DNA of 64,000 bases, taken from a plasmid. Numbering within the stretch: the stretch's first letter is position 1; every line of letters starts with the position of its first letter. The translations under genes were made by a program, and so were the position numbers. The notes under the pieces are model-generated. The model saw nothing but the letters and a program-made list of their open reading frames with translations, was not told the origin of the DNA and ran no database searches. Location: the sequence record NZ_CP118102.1; one strand, 5' to 3'. Below, piece by piece: positions 26,840 to 35,036 of this stretch.

Positions 26840-29797
26840 TCAGTAGAGAGGTTTCTTTAATGGCCGTAACGACGTTAGAGTTGTTGCTTGTTTTAGATCA
26901 AACTTGTACTCCCCTAGAAAATTAATATGTTCCCATCCTAGAGGTGAGGTATGTTGCATTAGTTCTTCTTTAAACGTTCCTTGGGTCTTTTTATATTCTG
27001 TTGCATGAGACAAATAGACAGTATTCCATACGCTGATTGCATTAATCAAAATGTTCAAGGCGCTGGCTCGTTGGAGTTGATCTTGCAGTGCGCGCTCCCG
27101 TAACTCCCCGTGTTTACCGAAGAAAATCGCTCTGGCCAGTGCGTTCATAGCCTCACCTTTATTCAGCCCCCTATGAATCTTCCGGCGCAGGGCTTCGCTT
27201 GATATGTAATCCAGAATAAAGATTGTCTTTTCAATGCGCCCCATTTCACGTAGAGCGGTTGCTAAGCGATTCTGCCGCGAGTAGGAACCGATCTTCCCCA
27301 TGATAAGTGATGCAGATACTGTCCCTTCTCGAATAGAATGGGCTAGCCGCAGCACATCATCATAATTTTCCTGAATGACCTTCGTATTGATTTGACCACG
27401 CAGCAGTTTCTCCAGTTTTGGGAAATCAGTAGGCTTCCCGATGATGTAAAGCTTAGAATCAGAAAGATCTCGTAAGCGCGGCGCAAATCTGAATCCGAGT
27501 AGTTGAGTCAAACCAAAAACTTGATCTGTATATCCTGCAGTGTCCGTATAATGTTCTTCGATGGTCAAGTCAGTTTCATGATGAAGTAGTCCATCGATCA
27601 CATGAACAGCATCCCTAGCATTCGTGTTAATCACTTTAGAATAGAAGCTTGAAAATTGATCACTGACAAAACGATAAATGGTTGCGCCCTTGCCAGTTCC
27701 GTAGTGCGGATTAGCATCCGCATGAAGCGCAGCTACGCCAATCGGCACCCTCATTCCGTCTGACGAAGACGTGGTGCCATCGCCCCAATAGGAGGGCAAA
27801 GATAACTTGTGGTGGAAGTTGACGAGGACAGCTTGAGCTTTATTCATTGCATCCTCATATAGCCGCCATTGTGCCGTATTGGCCATTTGCCGGTATGAAA
27901 TATCCGGCGTGGCATCCCCCATCTTGGTCAATCCAATGTTCGTTCCCATCGCCATCAGTGTTGCCATGAGAATTAACGTTTCTTCTTCATTGGGAATCCG
28001 ATTTGTTGAAGCATGGATAAATTGTTCATGAAAACCAGTCCAATGCGCTACCTCCATTAAGACCTCAGTCAATTTAATACGTGGAAGTAGTTCGTACAAG
28101 GATGAGCTAAAATTTCTGGCATCCTCCGGAGTATCTTTCTCTAGGCGGCTAATGTGAAGTTTTCCTTGCTCAAAGTTAATACCTTCTAGATCCTCAATGT
28201 TATTCGAAACCCATTCTAAGCGCTGTATCAGAGATGCGGTACGTTCGGCTAGGTAATCGCTCGCAGTCATGCTAACTACCAATTTTGTTTCATCAGGCTG
28301 AATACGGCTCCATTCATCTTTGGAGACAAGATACTCATCAAAATCTTTATGCTGCCGGCTCCCGACAATGGACACATCACCGGAGCGAACATAATTACGC
28401 AGCTCAGTTATTACAGCCATTTCGTAATAATGACGGTTAATCGTTCCGTCATCATCGTAGACATGCTTTTGCCAACGATTTGTTACAAAATTTAAGGGTG
28501 CGTCTTTTGGTACTTTACGTTTACCAGTTTCATTAATGTCCCTTATAACATCAATAGCCTTCATAAGTGGCTCTGCGGATTTATTAGAACGGAATTCCAA
28601 CGTTTTCAGCAGTGTTGGTGTATATTTGCGCAGCGTGTAAAACTTCTTCTCCAGCAAATCCAAATAGTCGTAATCAATGGGACGGGCCAGTCGCTTTGCT
28701 TCCTCTACAGATGCGACGAGCTGATCCCAGGGCATTACCGTCTCCAACGCAATAAATGGGTCTATGCCTTCGTCCCTAGCTTTTATGAGTGCTGCGCCAA
28801 GATCAGCATAATGAACCACCTTTTCGTTAATCGATTTTCCATTTTGTTTTTGGATTTCTTCTTGAGCCTTACGGCCTTTGGAATGTAGCTGTAATATCTG
28901 ACGGTCGTGAATTTCAAATGCTTGATCCGTTAAATCTTGTGTTAGATCGAGTAAATAAGCAACTAAAGTAGCATATTTCTTGGGGTCATCGAAACGACGG
29001 AAGGACTGCGGTTCATACCTTGCCCCGATTTTGGAGAGCTGACGTAATCGGTTTGGATGAATTCCCTTTGTATCGATTTGAAGCTGGACTTTTCGTATAT
29101 ATTCAAGTTTTTCAATGATCTTAAGGAAAGCATCCGGGGAACAGGTGCCTGGTACTTCTCTTAGCCATGCCAGATACGTTTTGTTGCTCTCCGGCATTGG
29201 GGATAGGATGTTTTCAAGTTTATCGACCTGCTCCACTGATAAGGAAGAAATAAGCATTTTATATATTTTCTCCTCGGCCCGTTGCCTCACTTCCCACACA
29301 ACCCGTTCGATTGTAGTCATCCCAGGTATAATGATTTTCTGTTTTCGTAATTCATCAAGGGCTACACGGATTAAATACATGGAGTTACCATTTTCTAACG
29401 AAAAATTCAGCATGATATTGGATAAGAACCGATATTCACGAAGCGTGAAGTTCCGATACCCATAGGTTTGCCGAATCTCCTCCATATGTTCTCGTCTAGT
29501 CGGTTCCCGTTGGGCATAAAGGGGAAATACATCAGGTGCCACGCCAACCTGCTTGGCAATGTAGCTTATTACAGAATCCGGTATGTGTTTCAAATCAGAT
29601 AAAGACCATCCTGGATAACGCAGGATGGCCAATTGAACGGCAAAGCCTAATCGGTTATGATCACGGCGATGTTTATTGATGATATCGAGATCGTGTTGCG
29701 AAAATGTATAGTACGTACCTAAATCCCAATCGTCGTCTGAAGGGATTTGCATAAATTCTGCGCGCTGATCTAATGTTAATAATTCCTTTCCTCTCAA
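26840..29797 (-). CDS. tnpA: Tn3-family DDE transposase
   Basis: 985 aa. N-terminal 'DWDLGTYYTFSQHDLDIINKHRRDHNRLGFAVQLAILRYPGW' is typical of Tn3-family TnpA. Confidence 0.9.
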   Translation of the reverse strand: MRGKELLTLDQRAEFMQIPSDDDWDLGTYYTFSQHDLDIINKHRRDHNRLGFAVQLAILRYPGWSLSDLKHIPDSVISYIAKQVGVAPDVFPLYAQREPTRREHMEEIRQTYGYRNFTLREYRFLSNIMLNFSLENGNSMYLIRVALDELRKQKIIIPGMTTIERVVWEVRQRAEEKIYKMLISSLSVEQVDKLENILSPMPESNKTYLAWLREVPGTCSPDAFLKIIEKLEYIRKVQLQIDTKGIHPNRLRQLSKIGARYEPQSFRRFDDPKKYATLVAYLLDLTQDLTDQAFEIHDRQILQLHSKGRKAQEEIQKQNGKSINEKVVHYADLGAALIKARDEGIDPFIALETVMPWDQLVASVEEAKRLARPIDYDYLDLLEKKFYTLRKYTPTLLKTLEFRSNKSAEPLMKAIDVIRDINETGKRKVPKDAPLNFVTNRWQKHVYDDDGTINRHYYEMAVITELRNYVRSGDVSIVGSRQHKDFDEYLVSKDEWSRIQPDETKLVVSMTASDYLAERTASLIQRLEWVSNNIEDLEGINFEQGKLHISRLEKDTPEDARNFSSSLYELLPRIKLTEVLMEVAHWTGFHEQFIHASTNRIPNEEETLILMATLMAMGTNIGLTKMGDATPDISYRQMANTAQWRLYEDAMNKAQAVLVNFHHKLSLPSYWGDGTTSSSDGMRVPIGVAALHADANPHYGTGKGATIYRFVSDQFSSFYSKVINTNARDAVHVIDGLLHHETDLTIEEHYTDTAGYTDQVFGLTQLLGFRFAPRLRDLSDSKLYIIGKPTDFPKLEKLLRGQINTKVIQENYDDVLRLAHSIREGTVSASLIMGKIGSYSRQNRLATALREMGRIEKTIFILDYISSEALRRKIHRGLNKGEAMNALARAIFFGKHGELRERALQDQLQRASALNILINAISVWNTVYLSHATEYKKTQGTFKEELMQHTSPLGWEHINFLGEYKFDLKQATTLTSLRPLKKPLY

Positions 29798-29846
29798 TGG
29801 TTACACACCTTTCACTAAAATCAGAAGTTCAGTCAATAGGAGATGT

Positions 29847-30428
29847 TCAGGTCACCTGAAGGCTTTGTGTAGTCTTATTCCGGTTTGTAAGTGTTTGATA
29901 GATTTTTGCTTTAGATACACCGGTTCGTTCTGTTATTTCCTTAATGGTGTACTTTTCACTATCGTAAAGTGTAAGAGCCATGTCAATTTTGTTTTTATCC
30001 ATTGGAGGACGACCGCCTTTCCTGCCTCTCGCACGTGCAGCCTGTAATCCAGCAATGGTTCGCTCTCGGATTGTCTCTGCTTCCATCTCCGCCAGTCCAG
30101 CCATGATAGCAAAGAAAAGTTTCCCAGCGGGCGTACTCGTATCAACACCAAGAGTAATGATCTGCAGTCCAATCCCTATTTCCTGAAGGCCATGCGATAA
30201 TTCGATTAGTTGCCGCGTGGTTCTTCCCAAACGATCCAGCTTCCAAATGACAAGCGTATCACCTGGTCTCAAATATTCTAGGCAACGGGTCAGCTCCACT
30301 CGATCACTTTTCTTCCCAGAAGCCTTCTCCTCAAATATTCGCTCGCAGCCAGCAGCTTTTAACGTGTCGATCTGTAGGTTCAGTGATTGATCAGCTGTCG
30401 AGACACGAGCATAACCAATTTTGGCCAC
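29847..30428 (-). CDS. tnpR: Serine recombinase (resolvase) with a C-terminal HTH
   Basis: 'GYARVSTADQ' catalytic-serine motif. About 190 aa. Confidence 0.9.
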   Translation of the reverse strand: MAKIGYARVSTADQSLNLQIDTLKAAGCERIFEEKASGKKSDRVELTRCLEYLRPGDTLVIWKLDRLGRTTRQLIELSHGLQEIGIGLQIITLGVDTSTPAGKLFFAIMAGLAEMEAETIRERTIAGLQAARARGRKGGRPPMDKNKIDMALTLYDSEKYTIKEITERTGVSKAKIYQTLTNRNKTTQSLQVT

Positions 30429-30690
30429 ATGAATATCTCCTTTTGTCTATTAAACATATATTTATGATAATTTATACACTTTGAATTTTATACGACTTAA
30501 TAGACAATAACAATGCTATTTCTTACTGTATTTTAAGCTATGCACAAAAAGTATACAAAACGATCGTTTTTTAGACCCGACAATAGATACAACAAGCTGA
30601 TATATAATAAAACGCAGGACGCGGCGGTGAAGTAGCTTTTGTGATTCAACTAGATGGTAGCATATTCAACTTCTTGAAGGGAAATAATGT
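30429..30690. promoter_or_regulatory. Probable res (resolution) site and tnpR promoter region
   Basis: AT-rich region between tnpR and merR containing tgtctatta/taatagaca inverted motifs. Position is standard for Tn3-family elements. Confidence 0.4.
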
Positions 30691-30693
30691 TCC

Positions 30694-30725
30694 TTGACCA
30701 TGTACCATGGTACATGGTCTATACT
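30694..30725 (+). promoter_or_regulatory. mer promoter with MerR operator: TTGACC, 20-bp spacer containing the ATGTACCATGGTACAT dyad, TATACT
   Basis: Perfect 16-bp palindrome between -35 and -10 elements with over-long spacing. This is the hallmark of MerR-type promoters. Confidence 0.65.
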
Positions 30726-30744
30726 TTATTTAGAGGTGATGAAA

Positions 30745-31170
30745 ATGAATTATCGCTCCGGAGATATTTCTAAATTGTGTAACGTTAACAAAGAAACATT
30801 AAGATATTACGAACGAAAAGGTCTGATTCATGAACCAGTAAGATCGGATGCTGGCTACAGGCTTTATCCGGAAGAAACGATAAACCGAATCATGTTCATT
30901 AAACGCATACAGGAGCTTGGTTTTACATTGTCTGAAATTGATAAATTGCTTGGTGTTGTTGATAAAGACGATGTGAGATGTGCGGGTATGAATGATTTCG
31001 TTGTTCAAAAGCTGGAAGATGTTCAGTCGAAAATTAGAGACTTTCAACGAATCGAAACGATGCTAAAAGATTTAAAAGACCGCTGTCCAGATGAAAAAGC
31101 GATACACGAATGCCCAATCATCGAAGCGCTCATTGACAATAATCAAAAGGAAAAGGAGGAAGTCCAATGA
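30745..31170 (+). CDS. merR: MerR-family Hg(II)-responsive regulator
   Basis: N-terminal HTH (ISKLCNVNKETLRYYERKGLI). C-terminal Cys residues. RBS AGAGGTGA. The longer ORF from 30694 covers the promoter and is rejected. Confidence 0.8.
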   Translation: MNYRSGDISKLCNVNKETLRYYERKGLIHEPVRSDAGYRLYPEETINRIMFIKRIQELGFTLSEIDKLLGVVDKDDVRCAGMNDFVVQKLEDVQSKIRDFQRIETMLKDLKDRCPDEKAIHECPIIEALIDNNQKEKEEVQ

Positions 31171-31418
31171 AAGAAAATGCAAAAAAAATAGGTTGGGGCT
31201 TTTTAGCTCTGCTTTCCTGTCCTTGCCATCTTGTTTTGATTCTCCCTTTACTTGCGGGAACTACATTTGGAGCGTATTTTGCTCTCCATCAAACAGCCGT
31301 CAGTGTTATTTTAGGAATCGTATTTGTAATTTCTCTTGTCATGATGTTTAAACGAGCCAGCAAACAAGCAAAAACCGATGAATCACACGATTGCTGCTCA
31401 GTTCCGGAGCGAAAATGA
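31167..31418 (+). CDS. merE: MerE-like mercury transport membrane protein
   Basis: 'LLSCPCHLVLILPLLAGTTFGAY' matches the MerE 'LTCPCHLPILAAVLAGTTAGAF' region. RBS AAAGGAGGA. Confidence 0.7.
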   Translation: MKENAKKIGWGFLALLSCPCHLVLILPLLAGTTFGAYFALHQTAVSVILGIVFVISLVMMFKRASKQAKTDESHDCCSVPERK

Positions 31419-31423
31419 GGTGA

Positions 31424-31735
31424 ATGATTTTGAGAGAAAAAATGACTAGCTTGGCAACGATATTTTCAGCGTTTCTTATGTCCGGCTGTTGCCTCGGGCC
31501 CTTAATTCTCATTCCGTTTGGGTTATCAGGTTTTGCAGGAACGCTTGCAATTTTTTCAATCAAGTACCAACTGTTTCTTATGGTCATGACGATATTATTT
31601 CTTGGTGTATCGTTTTATTTGGTTTATGGACGAAAATGCAAAAAGAAAAGTACGGTCATCACATTATGGATATCGACCGTTTTGGTTTTAGGAGCATTTT
31701 TATATTTATGGTTGGCTGAAAGTGGACTGTTATAA
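31424..31735 (+). CDS. merT: MerT mercuric ion transport protein (Gram-positive type)
   Basis: Three TM segments. Vicinal 'GCC' in TM1. Start codon uncertain (ATG 31424 or TTG 31430). Confidence 0.6.
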   Translation: MILREKMTSLATIFSAFLMSGCCLGPLILIPFGLSGFAGTLAIFSIKYQLFLMVMTILFLGVSFYLVYGRKCKKKSTVITLWISTVLVLGAFLYLWLAESGLL

Positions 31736-31751
31736 GAAAGAGGTGTGTTAC

Positions 31752-32081
31752 GTGAGAGCAACAATGGGAATTATGATGTTATTAACTCTTTTATTATTGG
31801 GTACTGCTTGTGGTAACAATGAAAATACGGTGGAAGCTGCAGCCGCGCAAAGTACACCCGTTGCAAATGGATCAGCGACGTTCACGGTGACGGGACTTGA
31901 TTGCTGCCCGCCTTCAGTGATTCAAGATTTAATTTCAAAGGTCGATGGGGTTAGCAAAGTAGACATAGAACCCATGGGAAGCAAAGGGAAAGTTACGGTT
32001 TCCTTTGATGATAAAAAAACTGATTTAAAGCAGATTCAAACATCGGTTACAAAATATGGATTTGGCGTAATAGGAGGATAA
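31752..32081 (+). CDS. merP: MerP-like Hg-binding lipoprotein (heavy-metal-associated fold, atypical 'GLDCC' site)
   Basis: Lipoprotein-like N-terminus (LLGTAC). A metal-binding domain between merT and merA. GTG start with SD AAGAGGTG. Confidence 0.5.
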   Translation: MRATMGIMMLLTLLLLGTACGNNENTVEAAAAQSTPVANGSATFTVTGLDCCPPSVIQDLISKVDGVSKVDIEPMGSKGKVTVSFDDKKTDLKQIQTSVTKYGFGVIGG

Positions 32082-32084
32082 AAA

Positions 32085-33725
32085 ATGAAAAAGTACCGTG
32101 TACATGTGCAAGGCATGACTTGCACCGGCTGTGAAGAGCACGTTGCAACGGCACTTGAAAGCATTGGAGCTGCGAATATTGAGGCGAGCTTTCGCCGCAA
32201 TGAAGCCACGTTTGAATTACCGGATGACGTTGCGATCGAAACAGCCCAAAAAGCCATCAACGAGGCAAAATATCAATCCGGAGATGTGGAAGTTATCGAA
32301 TCCCATGATGCTCCGGTTCTCGGCGATGAGGGCGACTATGATTTTCTTATCATCGGTTCCGGTGGGGCAGCGTTTTCCGCCGCGATTCAAGCGGTCGAAC
32401 ATGGTGCAAAAGTGGCGATCATCGAGCAAGGAACGGTAGGCGGAACCTGCGTAAATGTGGGCTGCGTGCCATCGAAAACCCTGCTGCGTGCCGGTGAAAT
32501 CAATCACTTAGCCAATAATAACCCTTTCTTGGGGCTAACTACATCTGCAGGAACGGTGGATTTGGCTGAGCTAGTGAAACAAAAAAATGAACTTGTAACC
32601 GAAATGCGTGAACAAAAGTATGAACATTTGATTGGTGAGTACGGATTTGAACTCATTCGCGGAGAGGCAAAATTCGTTGATGAAAAAACCATCGAGGTCG
32701 GTGGACGAAAGCTTACCGCTAAACGATTTTTAATCGCGACAGGAGCTTCACCATCGATTCCGGATATTCCAGGATTAAAAGACGCTAACTATTTAACAAG
32801 TACGTCACTGCTTAACCTTAAAGAATTGCCAAAAAGACTTGCTGTGATTGGCTCAGGTTATATTGCACTGGAATTAGGTCAGTTGTTTCATAATTTAGGA
32901 TCAGAAGTTACGCTGTTGCAAAGAAGTCCTCGGTTGTTAAAAGAGTATGACCCTGAAATTTCCGAATCTGTGACAAAAGCAGTCACCGAACAAGGGATAA
33001 ATCTGATTACCCGTGTCACGTATGAGCGCGTTGAAACTAATGGGGATTTGAAACAAATTCATATTGCAGTAAACGGCGAAAAGAAAGTCATCGAAGCCGA
33101 GCAGTTGCTTATTGCAACCGGCAGAAAACCGAATACCGAAGCACTGAATCTTCGTGCAGCGAACGTCATTATTGGTACCAAATGCGAAATCGTGGTCGAT
33201 GATTTTTTAAAAACCTCAAATCCTAGGATTTACGCCGCAGGCGATGTGACGATGGGTCCGCAGTTTGTGTACGTGGCTGCCTATGAAGGACGCATCGCGG
33301 CGGATAATGCAGTTGGTGGGTTAGAAAAAAAAGTAAACCTTGAAACTGTTCCGGGGGTCACGTTCACTTCACCTGCGGTGGCGACGGTAGGACTTACGGA
33401 AGAACAAGCCAGGGCAAAAGGATATGATGTGAAGACTTCTGTACTTCCTTTGGATTCGGTGCCTAGAGCACTTGTAAATCGCGAAACAACAGGCGTTTTT
33501 AAATTAGTTGCTGACTCCAAGTCGTTAAAGGTGCTCGGTGTTCATATTGTCGCAGAAAATGCAGGAGACGTGATTTACGCCGCAACACTTGCTGTAAAAT
33601 TCGGTTTAACGGTCGAGGATCTACGCGACAGCCTTGCTCCTTATTTAACGATGGCAGAAGGATTAAAACTGGCAGCGATTACGTTTAATAAAGATGTATC
33701 CAAATTATCCTGTTGCGCTGGGTAA
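32085..33725 (+). CDS. merA: Mercuric reductase
   Basis: N-terminal HMA domain ([11 protein letters not shown]). '[13 protein letters not shown]' redox disulfide. C-terminal 'CCAG'. 546 aa. Confidence 0.9.
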   Translation: MKKYRVHVQGMTCTGCEEHVATALESIGAANIEASFRRNEATFELPDDVAIETAQKAINEAKYQSGDVEVIESHDAPVLGDEGDYDFLIIGSGGAAFSAAIQAVEHGAKVAIIEQGTVGGTCVNVGCVPSKTLLRAGEINHLANNNPFLGLTTSAGTVDLAELVKQKNELVTEMREQKYEHLIGEYGFELIRGEAKFVDEKTIEVGGRKLTAKRFLIATGASPSIPDIPGLKDANYLTSTSLLNLKELPKRLAVIGSGYIALELGQLFHNLGSEVTLLQRSPRLLKEYDPEISESVTKAVTEQGINLITRVTYERVETNGDLKQIHIAVNGEKKVIEAEQLLIATGRKPNTEALNLRAANVIIGTKCEIVVDDFLKTSNPRIYAAGDVTMGPQFVYVAAYEGRIAADNAVGGLEKKVNLETVPGVTFTSPAVATVGLTEEQARAKGYDVKTSVLPLDSVPRALVNRETTGVFKLVADSKSLKVLGVHIVAENAGDVIYAATLAVKFGLTVEDLRDSLAPYLTMAEGLKLAAITFNKDVSKLSCCAG

Positions 33726-33837
33726 GATATATTATCTGTGGTAATTAACATGGTTGAGGAGAACGATTTCAATAAACTACAGGCTGCCCAGGCAGCCTGT
33801 TTTTGCGCATATATGGCTGTTTCTCTTATAAGTATAC

Positions 33838-33875
33838 CTTAGCGTACGTTTTCCGCGTTTTGTTGGCGGTACCCC
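33838..33875. repeat. Tn3-family terminal inverted repeat, right copy
   Basis: Exact reverse complement of 26724-26761. Followed by TAGAA. Confidence 0.9.
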
Positions 33876-34495
33876 TAGAAGGTCAGTTTTCCCAGGAAGG
33901 CTTATCAGCTCTTACTGAAGGTTCTGGAGGGAGCCTTGCTACGGAATTGGCGAAACGCTTTGTTGGTAATAATATCGAAGGTGTGGAAAGTGCTGAGTCC
34001 ATTTGGGGCAAGATGACTATATATGCGACTCAGTTTATTCCGGAATCTTCGGTACAAGCTTTGGTACAGGAAGATACTATTAACGACAATTCCAGTGATT
34101 TTGTTGAGGTGGAAGTTCCTTCAGTAGATGTTATTGAAGCGGGATCCCTGCAAGAAGTACTCCTTAAATGGGCAGATGAGTCTATACCAGCTGATCTTCA
34201 TTCACGATTTGAGCAACAAATAAAATATGTTGTGGAGCGAGTAAAGCAAGGTGTAGAGGGCTTAGAGTTCTCCTGCAGTGCTGAGTCTACGGTTCTAAGC
34301 TGGGATTGTTCAAAAGCACCAAGAGATGCGATTGATTTTCGTCGATGGGTTTTCAACTTGACGAATAAGATTGTTCATGAGCAGTCTACATCGAAACAGG
34401 AGAAAATTAGACTTGTGGTCGAAGGTAATAAACCAGCTGCCAAAACGAAGAAGAAATACAACGTGGGAGCTGGCCAGATAGCTTTCAAATTTTGA
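33876..34495 (+). pseudogene. Orphaned 3' fragment (about 204 codons) of the SNF2 helicase gene, severed by the transposon insertion
   Basis: Removing the transposon and one TAGAA copy joins ...AQALE to GQFSQEGLSAL... in frame, giving a 941-aa ORF that ends at 34495. Confidence 0.8.
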
Positions 34496-34668
34496 AACTC
34501 GAATCAGTGATCTGAAAATGAGTTTGATAATACAGAAAATCGTTATAAAAAAAAGGTGCCGGCTTGCCGGCATCTTTTTCTGTTTTTATTTATGAAAAAA
34601 TTTTGTGAAAATCAACTTCCGTTATATGATAAATACAAAATATACGGAAAAAGGGAGATTTTTATCTA

Positions 34669-35012
34669 TGGGAACACAGAAAATTAATCCAACATGCAGA
34701 ATTTGTGAGAAGCTCAATGATGAAATGACGCATTGTGCTGTCTTTGGGGCAATAACACCAGAAAACACTAATAATACAGCGCTAGGGGCGGCTTGTGCTA
34801 AATTAGGTGATTATGTGAGATTGTTACATGCACGTCCTAATGAGTACAATTATGGCTATAGACAAGTAGATAGTGTTGTTGCTGAGAGAGAAGATGAGGA
34901 GCTTTTAGTATTTGACGCAGCTGATGAGGCAGAGGGTTTTCAAATTCAGAATGGCATTACATTAGAGGAATGGGCAAGAATGACCTTCGGCAATGGAAAT
35001 AATCAGGTCTAG
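34669..35012 (+). CDS. Hypothetical small zinc-ribbon protein
   Basis: 'CRICEK...HCAVFG' motif. RBS AAGGGAG. Confidence 0.35.
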
Positions 35013-35036
35013 AAATAAGATAGAGGGGGATCCAGG

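Larger units (their letters stand above)
26724..33875 (-). mobile_element. Tn3-family (class II) mercury-resistance transposon, 7,152 bp: tnpA, tnpR, res, merR-merE-merT-merP-merA
   Basis: Perfect 38-bp terminal inverted repeats. 5-bp TAGAA target-site duplication (26719-26723 and 33876-33880). Transposase and resolvase genes present. Inserted inside the helicase gene. Confidence 0.9.

Noticed and set aside
30694-30744. Upstream extension of the merR ORF
   Set aside because: The extension covers the -35, operator and -10 elements of the mer promoter. The start at 30745 has a proper RBS and begins the MerR HTH.
33803-33880. N-terminal part of the ORF at 33803-34495 (MRIYGCFSYKYTLAYVFRVLLAVPLE)
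   Set aside because: It is read from the transposon inverted repeat and adjacent interior. The genuine coding sequence is the helicase 3' fragment beginning at 33881, after the target-site duplication.
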